From: Eledone cirrhosa
Lineage: Eukaryota
Length of the DNA: 64,000 nt
Direction of reading: 5' to 3'
Assembly (NCBI GenBank): GCA_964016885.1
Contig: OZ024746.1
Location: forward strand, 39,742,001-39,806,000
How positions within the stretch are numbered: the first letter of the stretch is position 1; each line of letters begins with the position of its first letter. The notes under the pieces were generated by a model, which did no database searches, had not been told where the DNA came from, and saw only the letters and a list, made by a program, of their open reading frames with translations. Shown here piece by piece: positions 1 to 13,813 of the stretch. Both the position numbers and the translations under genes were made by a program.

Positions 1-190
1 ATTAACGAGAATCACTTTCGAGTTGTGAGGCAAGCGCTCTATAATTCATATGAATTAGAGCTTACAACTTACGTTAAAGGCCAAACACACTGAGATGGTG
101 GTTAAACTAATCATCCACACAGCGAAGATTCGATCTCCTATTTCGGCTCAAACAGATATACAGATATAAAAATATAAATGGTTGAAAGCT

Positions 191-221
<31 letters not shown>

Positions 222-223
<2 letters not shown>

Positions 224-487
224 AGGAGGTGAGTTTTATTGTAGTACAATAAAGCAATGCAGATATCGGATAAGAAGCACTCTACAGTTTGTAGGACTGG
301 AGTATACATAATATATCAGAACATATGTTGATTTAAAACTGCACTATCCACAAGTGTTTTTAATCCTTCATATCATGTCTTCCTGTTTTATCTGATGAAA
401 ACGCAAATATTATTGCATGATGATATTTGTTTTTGAAATGCGCATAATAAAATTCATGGAACTCTTTTAACCATCTTTTGTTCTTAT
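222..487. mobile_element. Short PLE-derived insertion in (TA)n: inverted 3' tail (~222-315) plus forward HHR-bearing segment (~322-487)
   Basis: 222-315 is the reverse complement of 21590-21680. 322-487 matches 21424-21590 directly. Flanked by (TA)n on both sides. Confidence 0.8.
386..452 (+). ncRNA. Minimal type I hammerhead ribozyme
   Basis: TTTTAT-CTGATGA-(helix II hairpin)-GAAA-T-GCGC-ATA-ATAAAA. Helix I is TTTTAT/ATAAAA, loop III is palindromic, and the predicted triplet is AUA. Confidence 0.8.
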
Positions 488-778
488 ATATATATATATA
501 TATTATATACATATACATAAGAAGAAAAGCTGATATTTTGTTGCGAATTTTCAGTATATTAAGGAAACATTTCAACTTGCTTACATTTCAATTGACAGAA
601 AACTTTATTCATATTACTTCTATCATCTATTTTGAGAACCCTCAATCAGATAATCCAGGATTTATCACTTGGACATTTAAAACCTAAAGATGCCCATTCT
701 CCATTTGGTCGGAACGAAGCCGATTTCTTCTAGGAAATGATGAAAGAGAAACTTGACACCATCACTGAATTGGTATGT

Positions 779-1129
779 CAGAGATTCTCAAAGTGGCCGT
801 TACCGGGGGGGGGGTGAGAAGGTCCAGGGGGAGTTGGGGCCTAAGGGGGTGCTAGAGATGATATAATAGTATATTAAATATCAAATCATACATATTGCAT
901 TTAAATATAGTAAAATAAAAAATATATAATATTTATTTATTCATAGTTTATATCATATAAATTATTATATATAAATTAACGGTTTTATATATTTTATATT
1001 ATTTACAATTTGCGTGTAGTCAGGTCTCTCTGGAAATATGGGTGGTGGTAGGTGTGGTGGGACGTTTAGGGTATTAGTGGCCGTGGGGGGTAGGGGGGGG
1101 GGGCGGTCCAAAACATTTGAGAACCTCTG
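779..1129. mobile_element. hAT-like MITE
   Basis: Terminal inverted repeats CAGAGATTCTCAAA / TTTGAGAACCTCTG. Flanks TGGTATGT and TGGTGCTG are only a partial TSD match. The interior is AT-rich and non-coding. Confidence 0.6.
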
Positions 1130-1572
1130 TGGTGCTGTATTTTATCGACTTCAAAGGATGAAGAGTAAAGTTGACTTCGGTGGAATTTGAACTCAGATCT
1201 CAGTGAGCTGGAATAAATTTCGAATCACTTCTAAGGCGTTCTCTCATATGGTTTTGTCGCGATCAAATTAAATTAAAAAATAGATCCTTATCTTGTTCAA
1301 ACTTCGTTGAATCTTCAGTATACTGTGAGACGTTCACCATAGTTCTTCACTTTATACTTGTTATGATTTTCTTAGGTTTCTGTTGTAATATTCTTCTATT
1401 TCTTCCTCTAATATTCCCATACAACTTGATTCCGCTACATTTAGATTCATTAGTGCGAATGGTGATGAAGGGTGAATCTAGCTGCTATTTCTAGCAAAAT
1501 CGAGAGAATTCTTGTTCCTTTAGAGAGATATTAATGAAGGTGGTAATGGCGATGAAGAGGATGCTATTGATG

Positions 1573-1573
1573 A

Positions 1574-1632
<59 letters not shown>

Positions 1633-1931
1633 ATGGTGGGGGTGATGGTGGTTATAGTATTAGTAATAATCATAGATACAGTGATGCCAATGGTGTTATT
1701 GTTCGTGGTGGTGAAGTTAGTGGCGTTGGCCCAGGAGGTGGTGTAGTAGTAATAGTAGTAGTGGAGTTGGTGGTGGTGGTGGAGGTGGTGGTGGTGGTTA
1801 CAGCAATAAGCTTTATAGGAACGGTAGTTTTTACAGTAATGGTGGTTGTAGTAGTGGTACTCTTTGCGATAGTGTTGATGTTGTTAATAGTGATGGAGAT
1901 GATGATGCTGCTGCTGCTGATGATGATGATG

Positions 1932-1966
<35 letters not shown>
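1573..1966. repeat. Compound trinucleotide microsatellites (TAG)n, (TGG)n, (TGA)n(TCA)n
   Basis: Seen directly; source of the poly-V, poly-T and poly-M ORFs. Confidence 0.95.
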
Positions 1967-2304
1967 GTTTATTAGTCATGCGCACAGCACACATAGCCAT
2001 ATAATCTTTAATGTAATGTTGGTCATATGAGATAATTATGTCGGCAGTTGGATTTTTTTTTTTTTATTTGTTTATTTTGGTTTATGTTTATTTTTATTTG
2101 TCTATTTATTTATTTCACTTGATGAGATTGCACCCGGTAACCTAGACATTTTTCTTTATGACATTTCTCAATCTCACATTTAACCCATAGTTCCTTCTCG
2201 AAGAATTAAAATATGTTAATGTAGCGTTCAGGTATTTTCTTAGTGTAGCCATTACTTGTTAATGAAGCCCCTTCCTGTTCGTTTCTTTGGGGTTGAAAGT
2301 GTGA

Positions 2305-3287
2305 GTGTGTGTATGTGTATGGGTATAAATGTATACATGCATGTATGTGTTCATGTATGTCCGTGTATGTATGTATGTGTTCATGTACGTACGTATGTAT
2401 GTATGTACGTACGTATGTATGTATGTACGTACGTATGTATATGTGTGTATTATGTATGTATATGTGTGTATGTGTGTATGTGTGTATGTATGTGTTCATG
2501 TACGTACGTACGTATGTATGTACGTACGTATGTATATGTGTGTATTGTGTATGTATGTGTGTGTATGTGTGTATGTATGTGTTCATGTACGTACGTATGT
2601 ATGTACGTACGTACGTATGTATATGTGTGTATTATGTATGTATGTGTGTGTATGTGTGTATGTATGTGTTCATGTACGTACGTACGTATGTATGTACGTA
2701 CGTATGTATATGTGTGTATTATGTATGTATGTGTGTGTATGTGTGTATGTATGTGTTCATGTACGTCCGTGTATGTATGTACGTACGTACGTATGTATAT
2801 GTGTGTATTATGTATGTATGTGTGTGTATGTGTGTATGTATGTGTTCATGTACGTCCGTGTATGTATGTACGTACGTACGTATGTATATGTGTGTATTAT
2901 GTATGTATATGTGTGTATGTGTGTATGTATGTGTTCATATACGTCCGTGTATGTATGTACGTACGTACGTATGTATATGTGTGTATTATGTATGTATGTG
3001 TGTGTATGTGTGTATGTATGTGTTCATGTACGTCCGTATATGTATGTACGTACGTATGTATATGTGTGTATTATGTATGTATATGTGTGTATGTGTGTAT
3101 GTATGTGTTCATGTACGTCCGTGTATGTATGTACGTACGTATGTATATGTGTGTATTATGTATGTATATGTGTGTATGTGTGTATGTATGTGTTCATGTA
3201 CGTCCGTGTATGTATGTACGTACGTACGTATGTATATGTGTGTATTATGTATGTATGTGTGTGATGTGTGTATGTATGTGTGTGTGT
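2305..3287. repeat. Higher-order (~60-70 bp unit) repeat built from GTAT/GTAC/GT motifs
   Basis: The unit GTGTTCATGTACGT...GTGTGTATTATGTATG recurs throughout the block. Confidence 0.9.
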
Positions 3288-3355
3288 CGTGAGGGTCAAC
3301 AGGTGAAAACTGAAGTGTATCTACAAGTAGTGAGGCAAGCGGAGGTCATCTGTCC

Positions 3356-3558
3356 TCACTCCGCCCCAGTCCGCCCTAGTCCGCCCTAGTCCGCCCCAGT
3401 CCGCCCCAGTCCGCCCCAGTCCGCCCCAGTCGGCCCCAGTCCGCCCCAGTCTGCCCCAGTCCGCCCCAGTCCGCCCTAGTCCGCCCCAGTCTGCCCCAGT
3501 CCGCCCCAGTCCGCCCCAGTCTGCCCCAGTCCGCCCCAGTCCGCCCCAGTCCGCCCCA
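3356..3558. repeat. GC-rich 10-bp tandem repeat (CCGCCCCAGT)n, about 20 copies
   Basis: Seen directly. Confidence 0.95.
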
Positions 3559-3658
3559 CCAACCACATATGCACCTATGAAAAGATTTGAACTCATCGCA
3601 GCACACTTACGAATATATTGGTCGGTTATACAATACGGCCGCTGCTGTACCTACTCGT

Positions 3659-3752
<94 letters not shown>

Positions 3753-4089
3753 GGACCTCAGTCGGTTCGAACGACGAATGTTCCATTTGTTTTATCAACA
3801 GAACGTACACGTGTCTGTGTATTCTACAGACGTGTACATTAATACCATTCTCGCGGAGATTTAACATCATATAACTTTGATAATGTACAGTTAAGTTTCT
3901 TCCTAAATGTCACTCTGAACTGGAGCGACGTGATATAAAATATTATGTTCGAGCACACAATATACCACAAGGAATCGAACTCACAACCTTACGATCGTGA
4001 GCTGAACACACTAACTGATAGAACATATATATAGTGATATATATATGTGTGCGTGTATATAATATATATGTATATATACATATATATTA

Positions 4090-4460
4090 CAGATGTAGTC
4101 GGCACTATCAACGCATGACTGGGTCTCCTCCACCCCCTCTCCCTCTTTCTCCTACTGGCAGGTTCAGCTACCCCTTCCCTCCACATATTGCCATGATAGA
4201 ATTATTATGTCTCAACAACAAACTTTTGACCAATCCTTGTGACAATCACTTTTACCATATATGGAATTACCCCTTGAGAAGCTCGGCTATTCAAATACCA
4301 GGATAAAAATTTTCATTTAGTCCAGAATTAGCCGTCGAAACGGCTTGAGCTCAGCCGTCGGGGTCCTACTCGTTCCTATTACCCACTCTACTACCCTAAG
4401 TATTGAGTACTTTGGTGCGTTATGGTCCACCTGGTTCCTTACCACATTTCCTCCGTTGTA
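4090..4460 (+). mobile_element. PLE-derived non-autonomous element (3' end with HHR and tail) in (TA)n
   Basis: Near-identical to 22264-22560; fragments occur at 32247-32306 and 38436-38529. Contains an HHR and the tail hairpin at 4385-4408. Confidence 0.8.
4269..4364 (+). ncRNA. Type I hammerhead ribozyme, U3-A8 core variant
   Basis: ACCCC-TTGAGAA-G..CGGCTA...TAGCCG.C-GAAA-CGGCT-TGAGCTC-AGCC-GTC-GGGGT. All three helices form and the triplet is GUC. Confidence 0.7.
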
Positions 4461-4496
4461 TATATACATATATATATATATATATGTATATACATG

Positions 4497-4592
<96 letters not shown>

Positions 4593-5172
4593 CTATCAGT
4601 TAGTGTTAGGTTGTGAGTTCGATTCCTTGTGGTATATTGTGTGCTCGAACATAATATTTTATATCACGTTGCTCCAGTTCAGAGCGACATTTAGGAAGAA
4701 AATCAACTGTACATATATATACATATATATATATATATGTATATATACATACATGTATATATACATATATATATACATGTATATATGTATATATATATTT
4801 ACATACATACGTACGTACATATGCATGCATACTCACATACATATATACATACATACTTACAGACACATAGACACAATAATTGTTTCTACTTTAGGCACAG
4901 GGCGAGTAATTTTTTAAGGGGAAGGAAAGTCAATTAAATTGATCCAGTACATTACTGGTGCTATATTTTATCGACCCTCATATACCCTTGTCTGTGGGGT
5001 GAGGTGGGTACATTGACTGCATGGTCATGATTTCTAATATACTCATGCTTGAGTTAGTATGTATGTATGTATGTGTGTATATATGTATGATGTGTATTTG
5101 TGTGTATGTGTGTATATATGTATGTATGTGTGTATGTATGTGTGTATGTATATGTGTATGTATATATGCATT

Positions 5173-5235
<63 letters not shown>

Positions 5236-5915
5236 ATATGAGTATATGTGAGTATATATGAGTGTAAGAGGGTGGATTTCAGTACAATATCAAATGAAAC
5301 ATAAATCAAAAGTGATTTCCTCAACTACCCAACATAGGGATGAATAAAGATTAATTGCCTTGCAATCTCATACCACATACACACACATACATGAACACAC
5401 AGACACACACACACATAGACACACTGACACAGACATATAGACACACAGACACAAATACACAGACACAAACATATAGACACACACATAGACACACAGACAC
5501 AAACACATAGATACACAAACACATAGACACACAGACACAAACACATAGACACACAGACACACACACACAGACACACAGACACACACATAGACACACAGAC
5601 ACACACATATAGACACACACATAGACACACAGACACAAACACATAGACACACGCACAGACTCAAACACATAGATACACAAACACATAGACACGCACATAT
5701 GCATAGACACACAGACAAACGCATAGACACACTGACACAAACACATAGATATACACACACATAGAACACAGACACAAACACACTTACACGTATATCAATA
5801 CATAGAAACATACATACTTTCTTTCATACATGCGTGTCTACCTACGTATCTACATACATATATACATAATACGTAAATACATACATACATACATAATACA
5901 TACATACATATATAT

Positions 5916-7178
5916 ATGGTGGCTGCCAACTCGTTTTCGAGTACGACCACTACTTTATATCCATGTAGGAGAACCCCTACCGATGCGCTGAACGAGTGTG
6001 ATTTTTTAGTCCAGCCAGCGGCTTGAAAACTCTGGTACAAACACTGCACTTGTGACAATTATTGACACATAGTGCTCGGACCATGGTACCATGTGACGAC
6101 AGGTGCAGAGAGATCTCCAGATATTAAGCAATGCCTGTGCCGTGAAGCTTTTATAGTGAGCAAAGGCACTGCAAAAAGCCAGTCCCACTCACTTAACCAA
6201 GATGATATTTACCAAAAAGAACAAGTCAACATCATTGGATACCATCAGAGTTGCAGGTGTTATATCAGAGTTTTCCTTCTCCTAGAATTCTGCCTTGACA
6301 AAGGCTAAGGGGTCATCTCTCCCGGTGATTTTGGATGGCCATTGACTCTTAAGAGCTACTTTGCCCTTTGACAGGTTTTGTTTTTAGTTCTGCAGGATGT
6401 CCAAAGTCACCCTCCTCACCAAGAAACCTTGATGGGTTGCCAGTTTAGTCGCCAACGACCCGACCATGGGACAGGGTGTACTGGGATACATGTTACCAGT
6501 AGCACCAACTGGTGACCTGATATAAACACATATACTTACATGGTGGCTGCCAACTCGTTTTCGAGTACGGCCACTACTTTACATCCATGTAGGATAACCC
6601 CTACCGAAGCGCTGAACGAGTGTGACTTTTTAGTCCAGCCAACGACTTGAAACCTCTGGTACAAACACTACACCTGTGACAATCATTGACACATAGTGCT
6701 AGGCCCATGGTAGGACAATTATTGACACATAGTGCTGGGCCCATGTGAGGACAAGTGCAGAGAGATCTCCAGATATAAAGCAATGCCTTTGCCGTGAAGC
6801 TTTTATAGTGAGCAAAGGCACTGCACAAAGCCAGTCCCACTCTCTTAACCAAGATGCTATTTACCAAAAAGAAGAACAAGTCAACATCATTGGATACCAT
6901 CAGGGTTGCAGGTGTTATATCAGAGTTTTCCTTCTCCTAGAATTCTGCCTTGACTAAGGCTAAAGGGGTCATCTCTCCCGGTGATTTTGGATGGCCATTG
7001 ACTCTTAAGAGCTCCTTTGCCCTTTGACAGGTTTTGTTTTTAGTCCTGCAGGATGTCCAAAGTCACCCTCCTCACCAAGAAACCTTGGTGGGGTTGCCAG
7101 TTTAGTCGCCAACGACCCGACCATGAGACAGGTTGTACTGGGATACATGTTACCAGTAGCACCAACTGGTGACCTGAC
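5916..7178 (-). mobile_element. Two tandem copies (5916-6520, 6540-7178) of an internally deleted RTE-like non-autonomous retroelement
   Basis: The minus strand carries an RTE-type 5'UTR motif (TCTAGGAGAAGGAAAACTCTGA), a remnant C-terminal zinc finger (C-SV-C-TRxFKSLAGLKSHTRS), a 3' stem-loop CTCG-AAAA-CGAG and an (ATGT)n tail. Confidence 0.7.
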
Positions 7179-7184
7179 ATATAC

Positions 7185-7215
<31 letters not shown>

Positions 7216-7822
7216 CACACATACATATACACACACATACATACATGCATACATACCTACATACTTACATACGTGTCGACATAGATACATACATGCATTC
7301 ATACAAAGATTCATACATATATTCATATAAACATACATACATGCATACACGCAAACATACGCGCATACATACATGCATACATACGTATATACGTACATAC
7401 TTATGCATGCATCCATGCATACATTCATGCGTGCATACATACACACACGCACACACACTCACATACACACGCATACGCACATGCACACACACATATACAT
7501 ACACACACACACGCGCGCACGCACACACCATACACACATGCACACATACACACACACACGCGCGCGCGCGCACACACCATACACACATGCACACATACAC
7601 ACGCGCACATACACACACATATACATACACCTACATACACACACGCACATGCACACATGCACACACACACACACACGCACACACGCACATACACACACTT
7701 ACGGCACACGCACACCCACATATACAAACACCTACATACACACACGCACATGCACACACATACACACATGCATACACACACACACACACACGCACACATA
7801 CACACACATACACACACACACA
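7185..7822. repeat. (ACAT)n/(CA)n low-complexity tract
   Basis: Seen directly. Confidence 0.9.
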
Positions 7823-8004
7823 CCTTATCAGAAGGAACGTTGTGAGCAGAAATCATCAATCTCCACGTATTTATCGTCAGTAGATATCAGTAAGTTATCT
7901 ATGTTATATCTAAAATGTCATCTGTATATCTATGGAAGGCTTGACTGAGGATATTACATCTGATAGCAATGGGCCGGAATACTTCTGAAGCAATCTAAAC
8001 ATAC

Positions 8005-8389
8005 GATAACAATAACATCAACTGGAACAACAACAATAACAACAATAACAACAATAACACGAACAACAACAATGACATGAAACAATAACAGCAACAATAA
8101 CATGAGCAATAATACAACAATAACAACAACAATGACATGAAACAATAACAACAACAATAACATGAACAATAACAAGAGCAATAATACAACAATAACAACA
8201 ACAATGACATGAAACAATAACAACAACAATAACATGAACAATAACAACAGAAGCAACATTAACTAGATCTATAACAATAGTAACAACAACAATAACAACA
8301 ATGGGACCAACAACAATAACAACAATAACAACAGGAGTCAAATGAATTCCGACAAATAAATATAAATACAACCCATAAAAACTTTTGAT

Positions 8390-8438
<49 letters not shown>

Positions 8439-8612
8439 CGGCGGTAGTAGTGATGGTGGTGGTGGTGGTGATGTTAGCATTTGAAGTAGTAGTAGTAGTA
8501 TAGCAGCGGCAGCGGCGGCGGTGGTGGTGGTAGTAGTAGTAGTAGTAGTGGTGGTGGCGGTAGTAGTAGTAGTGGTGGTGGCGGTAGTAGTAGTAATAGT
8601 GATAGTCGTAAT
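8005..8612. repeat. (AAC/AAT)n degenerate repeat with internal duplications, followed by (TAG)n/(TGG)n
   Basis: Seen directly. Confidence 0.9.
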
Positions 8613-10522
8613 GGTATTGTCATTCTTGTTGTGTAGCCCCGATTCACAACGTATCTTGGATTACACTGTTCAATATGTCCTTTCTGTATTTGTTCGTTTG
8701 TTTTTAAGAAGTTAGTGTATGATTTGAGGGAGATATATTACTCGTGACTGTAGCAGGTCGTACGGCGCTGTAGAAGTCCCCTCCTTCACTACTAGTTCAT
8801 GTATTTTGAAGGTCAGAAGTTTAACTAGTTCATGAATTTTGTTCTTGTGAAAGTCAAAATGTTAAATAAGTTCATATATTTTGCTCATGTGAAGGTCAGT
8901 TTGAATTGTTCATATATATTGCTCACATGGAGGTCTGTTGTTTAACTGATATGAATGTCGCTTCAAATGATAGCAAAACAAACAAAGAGGGTATATGTAG
9001 TAGGTGAAGTAGAGTTTATATGAAAGAAATTTTAGCACTGCACAAATCTTTGAGTCAAGTCTTTGATATTCTCTGGATTTGAGAAACATCTGCAACGAAC
9101 TCTAATGCCAGATCAACTCGTTCTCTGATTAAAGAATATTAATTAGAGAAAGAAACCATAAACATTGCTATGCATGATATATAAACATAAGTGCTCGAGA
9201 GCGGACAAACACCCATACGCAAACACATACACGCACCCTACACGCATACACACTTTAGTTTATTAGTGAAATATATACATACATATAACCATGTATAACC
9301 GATGAGACACCACATAGTTTCCATCTATTAAATTACACTAACATGTCATTAGCAACACGTGAGTATAAGACACTTGAACCTAGAAACGTGAGGTTTTGAA
9401 TCAAACTTCATAACCACTTAGTATATTTATATACCACATATAAATGGAGTCTGGTTAGTTTTATGAACTACAAAAGACTGAATTTTCATGCATTTGTATC
9501 AAGAGACTATCAGCAGGGCGTGTCGTATCCTTCCCAAGTATGTTAGAAGACAGGACTGTAAGTTAACAGAACCTTCGATCGTTTACAGTAAAGCAGCTGT
9601 ATAGAGGAGAATGTTCTTTGATTGTTGTTGTTATCACCAGATCAACGTTGAACCAGCAGACTTATGATAAACACCATTCTAGTCGTGGCCAATCCATCGT
9701 TTATATTTGAGAGGATTACATTGCCTTATGTCCTTCTTTTCTTTAAGAACCGAGGCTGTGTTTTTAAGAAGATTTAGCTTTTGGAACCCTAAGCACAAGA
9801 TTTATTATCAGTATTATTATTTGGGTAGGGGATTAATGACAAATACATTTAGTTTTTTAAAAATGGTACACCTCTTCCTTTCTTTGCTCTAAGCATGTAC
9901 ATATATTGCTTAATGCTCGGGGCTAAACAACAACAACACTACTTACGCACTAACGCTATCAAAACATCCTCCAAACCACACCCGTTGGTAAACTAAGTTC
10001 CCCTATCAGCTAGTCACTATCAGTTGAATTTTACCAGCGGGAGACAAATTGTTTTAATGATATAATCACTTCAAACTTGAGCTGTGAATTAATAGATTTG
10101 TTTCGGGAATAAGAAACCAACTGGTTCATTTAGATGTTTTATACAAATGATAGATGATTATTTCAGCTCTTACTTAGTTTCAAGTCGAGACGTATTAACA
10201 TAGTAAGATCATTTATTATATTACTCTACACTATAACCAAACGCTCTAACAGGACAGAGAGGTGAAAACCTGAGTGGATAAAATCCACAGGCGGTCCTCG
10301 TCGAATTCAATGTCACATCAATCATCATCATCTGCCTCCTCCTACTCCAACTACTCTGGCTCCTCCTACTCCTCCTCATCATCATCAACACTATCAATGT
10401 TCTCTCACAATGCCCTGGTGTGTATCATTGTGGTAGCGCGCTCTGATTTCAAATCCCACCGATGTCAACTTTGCCTTTTATTATTTCGAGGTCGACAAAG
10501 TACCAGTCTAGTACTGGTGTCG

Positions 10523-10603
<81 letters not shown>

Positions 10604-11739
10604 GTGGAAGAAATCTGGTATGTTCAAACCTGTAAAAGATTATGTTACACCAGGTTTAAATGCCCAAGATAGGCTGTATATCAATACGTCGACACAACGA
10701 CTTTATCAGAAGCTAAGGGACCATGGCAAAATATAATACATTTTCCACCTTGTATATTTCTTAGCAAAGGCAGTAAAGCTTAGTGCGGGGCAAAATTTAC
10801 GATTCCCGGTTGAATTTACTTACGCAAATATCCTTAGGAAAATCATGAACGTTCTCAATCTGATTTCACTCCTACATGTCAGGATATTTGAAGTGTCTAT
10901 TGTTGAAATATAATCGACTAGAGCAATATTCATTTGCACTTGATCTGATTTTACCCTTTTATCATACGCCATACCATACATCTCACACAATTGTTCTGTT
11001 TATTTGGGGGGGGGGTTTCAAGAGGGGGAGGGTTACAGTTCGTTTAGTACTCTCGTCTCAGTCATATTTCACCATCCTCATAATTTCATTAGTATCATCA
11101 TGTCTTTAATTACTTCCTATGCTAATAGTTTCCTATCTATTGTATTCTGAAAAACAAATGTCATTGCCAGTCTTAATTAAGAGAGAAGGGAGAATTTTGA
11201 AAAGTCTAATTTTAGAATATATATTCAAAGTTTAGCGACTTTAGAATATTTAAAGCGGGTTGTCATTTTATACAAATACTATCAGTCCCGTATCTCTAGA
11301 AAGTTCCATGTGTGACTGGCTATTGTATTCTCTATACATTTGATAATAGTTTATTTATGGCTCTGAGGGGAATGGAAGGTTTTAGGTGTACAGTAAATTG
11401 AGGTTTCGCTGACTTCACTTTAATAGGACATGACAGAAACCATCAAGTCAGATAAGAACATTGAGCTGTGAATAAATAATATATTTCATACATATAGAGA
11501 CATACATACACACCGTATGCTTTTACATATATATATATATATATGTGTGTTTGTGTGTCTCTGTATGTAACATATTGTTGAGATGTCTCTGATTTCCGCT
11601 GATCAAGCACTGCAATCCGCAAACCTTGTGTAGCAATGGTGAGAAATCTCAATAAATATGAAATTCTGTACTTTGCTATTGAGCTCTCTTTCCTCGTGCT
11701 TGTAATCCCAAACATACGTTTCATTATCCTAACACATTA

Positions 11740-11860
11740 TTCTGAGTTCAAATCCCGCCGAGGTTGACTTTGCCTTTCATCCTTACGGGGTCGATAAAAT
11801 AAAGTACCAGTAATGCACTGGGTAATTGCTGGCCTTGAGCCTAAAGTAGAAACAATTATT
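11740..11860 (+). mobile_element. tRNA-derived SINE, family A (5'-truncated)
   Basis: B box GAGTTCAAATCCC, conserved body GCCTTTCATCCTTACGGGGTCGATAAAATAAAGTACCAG, 3' end GTAGAAACAATTATT. Confidence 0.85.
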
Positions 11861-11939
11861 TAGCTATACTAAAGAATATTATAAAGCTCTTTTTCGATAT
11901 TGAGTACTCATTATCGCGCCCGTCTATTACATATATCTA

Positions 11940-12036
11940 CAGGGTGTCCCCCAAAAATGTGTACATACTTTGATTACCTGTACAGGCAATATTTAGAATG
12001 TTGTTGAAGCGTGTATACATTTTTGGGGCAACCTTG
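11940..12036. mobile_element. Tc1/mariner-type MITE
   Basis: TIR CAGGGTGTCCCCCAAAAATGTGTACA / TGTATACATTTTTGGGGCAACCTTG, with TA at the left end. A related copy is at 35146-35224. Confidence 0.7.
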
Positions 12037-12295
12037 CTTCGGTCTCGTGGCTGGGTCTGCCTGCTACAGCTTTCAATTTCTCATGCCGTCTAACGAATGT
12101 TATTACTCTGAGACTCCTCATCGAGTGCTTCGCAGCACATTCCTCGTTGTATCTCGTTGTCTTGGCTACAGCCGAAGCTTCGATTTTACCAAACTATCAT
12201 TTGTATATATATATATGTGTGTGTGTGTGTGACTGAGGTTGTATATTGAATAATATACGAACTGTTCATGTAAATAAACATTATTACAGCTTGAA

Positions 12296-12470
12296 TTGGC
12301 AGTATCAGTAAAGCGTCAGACACCACGTTTCGCAGCATAGAGTTATGGCCCTTTACGTTCTGAGTTCAAATCCCGCTGAGGTTAGCTTTGTCTTTCAACC
12401 TTACGGGATCGACAGCACCAGTAATGCACTGAGATAATTGCTGACCTTGTGCCAAAAGTAGAAACAATTA
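12296..12470 (+). mobile_element. tRNA-derived SINE, family A
   Basis: A-box-like TGGCAGTATCAG, B box GAGTTCAAATCCC, and the family body and tail. Confidence 0.8.
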
Positions 12471-12647
12471 TCACAGCTTTGTGTGAATTTTAGAAGTGTT
12501 GAATTTCACCTCTGTTCTTAGTTACCAAGAAAGAGTGAAACCCGCCAGAAGACGGGTAACGAACCAGAAAAGACCGATAGGATGTTTTTTTCCGTGTGCA
12601 AATTTGCTATTATATATATATGCATATATGTAAATATATATATATAT

Positions 12648-12718
<71 letters not shown>

Positions 12719-12719
<1 letters not shown>

Positions 12720-12844
12720 GTTATTCTGGGTTGAATCGGAGGTAACCACAGTAAGTAAGGTACTCAATACATAGCAGAGTATAAAGGTTTTAATATAGAA
12801 GAATGAAACAGTTCTAGTCCTGTAGAATCTCATCTATATTAAAA

Positions 12845-12848
<4 letters not shown>
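12719..12848. mobile_element. Very short PLE-derived hairpin insertion in (TA)n
   Basis: Inverted tail with hairpin at 12762-12780, short inverted arms AGGTTTTAATATAG / CTATATTAAAACCT, and an HHR 3' half GAAACAGTTCTAGTC. Same family as 31985-32160. Confidence 0.7.
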
Positions 12849-12899
<51 letters not shown>

Positions 12900-13134
12900 A
12901 TACTTGGGGAGAGTCATATTTGTGTAATATTGCCACAATTAATAACAGAACACACTCACTGTTTGGTTGGTTTTCGCTTTTCGCTTCTGTGTCTTTTATA
13001 TCGGTAATTTAATTTATTCGGTCCTCAATGTTGCCATTGACTGACCAACGGTCAAAAATAATACAGATACAATATAGACACAAATACAAATAGACAATAA
13101 CTATATATAGTTTATCAAAGTTCTTTCGTTGCAC

Positions 13135-13178
13135 CACTGACGATGTTGCAGATGTGCAACGAAAGAACTTTGATAAAC
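13135..13178 (+). ncRNA. Minimal hammerhead ribozyme core, helix I 5' strand truncated at the inversion junction
   Basis: CA-CTGACGA-T-GTTGCA-GATG-TGCAAC-GAAA-G-AA-CTT-TGATAAAC. Confidence 0.6.
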
Positions 13179-13242
13179 TATATATATGTGTTTGTGTCTA
13201 TATTGTATCTGTATTATTTTTTACCGTTGTATTATTTTTTAC

Positions 13243-13341
13243 CGCCGAGGTTGACTTTGCCTTTCATCCTTACGGGGTCGATAAAATAAAGTACCAGTAA
13301 TGCACTGAATAATTGCTGGCCTTGTGCCTAAAGTAGAAACA
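13243..13341 (+). mobile_element. SINE family A fragment nested in the right arm
   Basis: TSD ATTATTTTTTACCGTTG at 13213-13229 and 13342-13358, plus an extra partial TSD copy at 13230-13244. Confidence 0.85.
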
Positions 13342-13782
13342 ATTATTTTTTACCGTTGGTCAGTCAATGGCAACATTGAGGACCGAATAAATTAGATTAC
13401 CGATATAAAAGACACAGAAGCGAAAGGTGAAAACCAACCAAACAGTGAGTGTGTTCTGTTATTAATTCTGGCAATATTACACAAATATGACTCTCTCCAA
13501 GTATAACAATATTTGTTTCAACACACGATTTCATATCAAAAACCTCGCAAAACTATATATATATATATATATATGCCGGTTTCCTATTTAGTTTATATTG
13601 CCGATACGCATAACTGCACTTTTCTTTCAGATTTACTGCACATATAATTTTAATTGCAGTCAACAAAACAGAAGTCATTTCAGAAGGGCTGGCTACTTTT
13701 CCTCTTCTAATTAAAGGAAGCTTTCGATGAGGAATTTCCGGTATCATGCACTCGCGCGCACACATATATATACATATATATT

Positions 13783-13813
<31 letters not shown>

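Larger units (their letters stand above)
12893..13553. mobile_element. PLE-derived inverted-repeat insertion in (TA)n with an HHR at its centre and a nested SINE
   Basis: Arms ~12893-13134 and ~13153-13511 are reverse complements apart from the SINE. The tail ~13512-13553 is unpaired. Confidence 0.75.

Noticed and set aside
7085-7178. HDV-like ribozyme at the 5' end of the RTE-derived element
   Set aside because: P4, J4/2 and P2-like pieces (TCG-TTGG-CGA-CTAA-ACTGG) are visible, but I could not build convincing P1, P3 and P1.1 pairings by eye.
9055-9125. Possible terminal exon on the minus strand (ERVDLALEFVADVSQIQRISKT*)
   Set aside because: Only an acceptor-like site and a short frame, with no recognisable homology.
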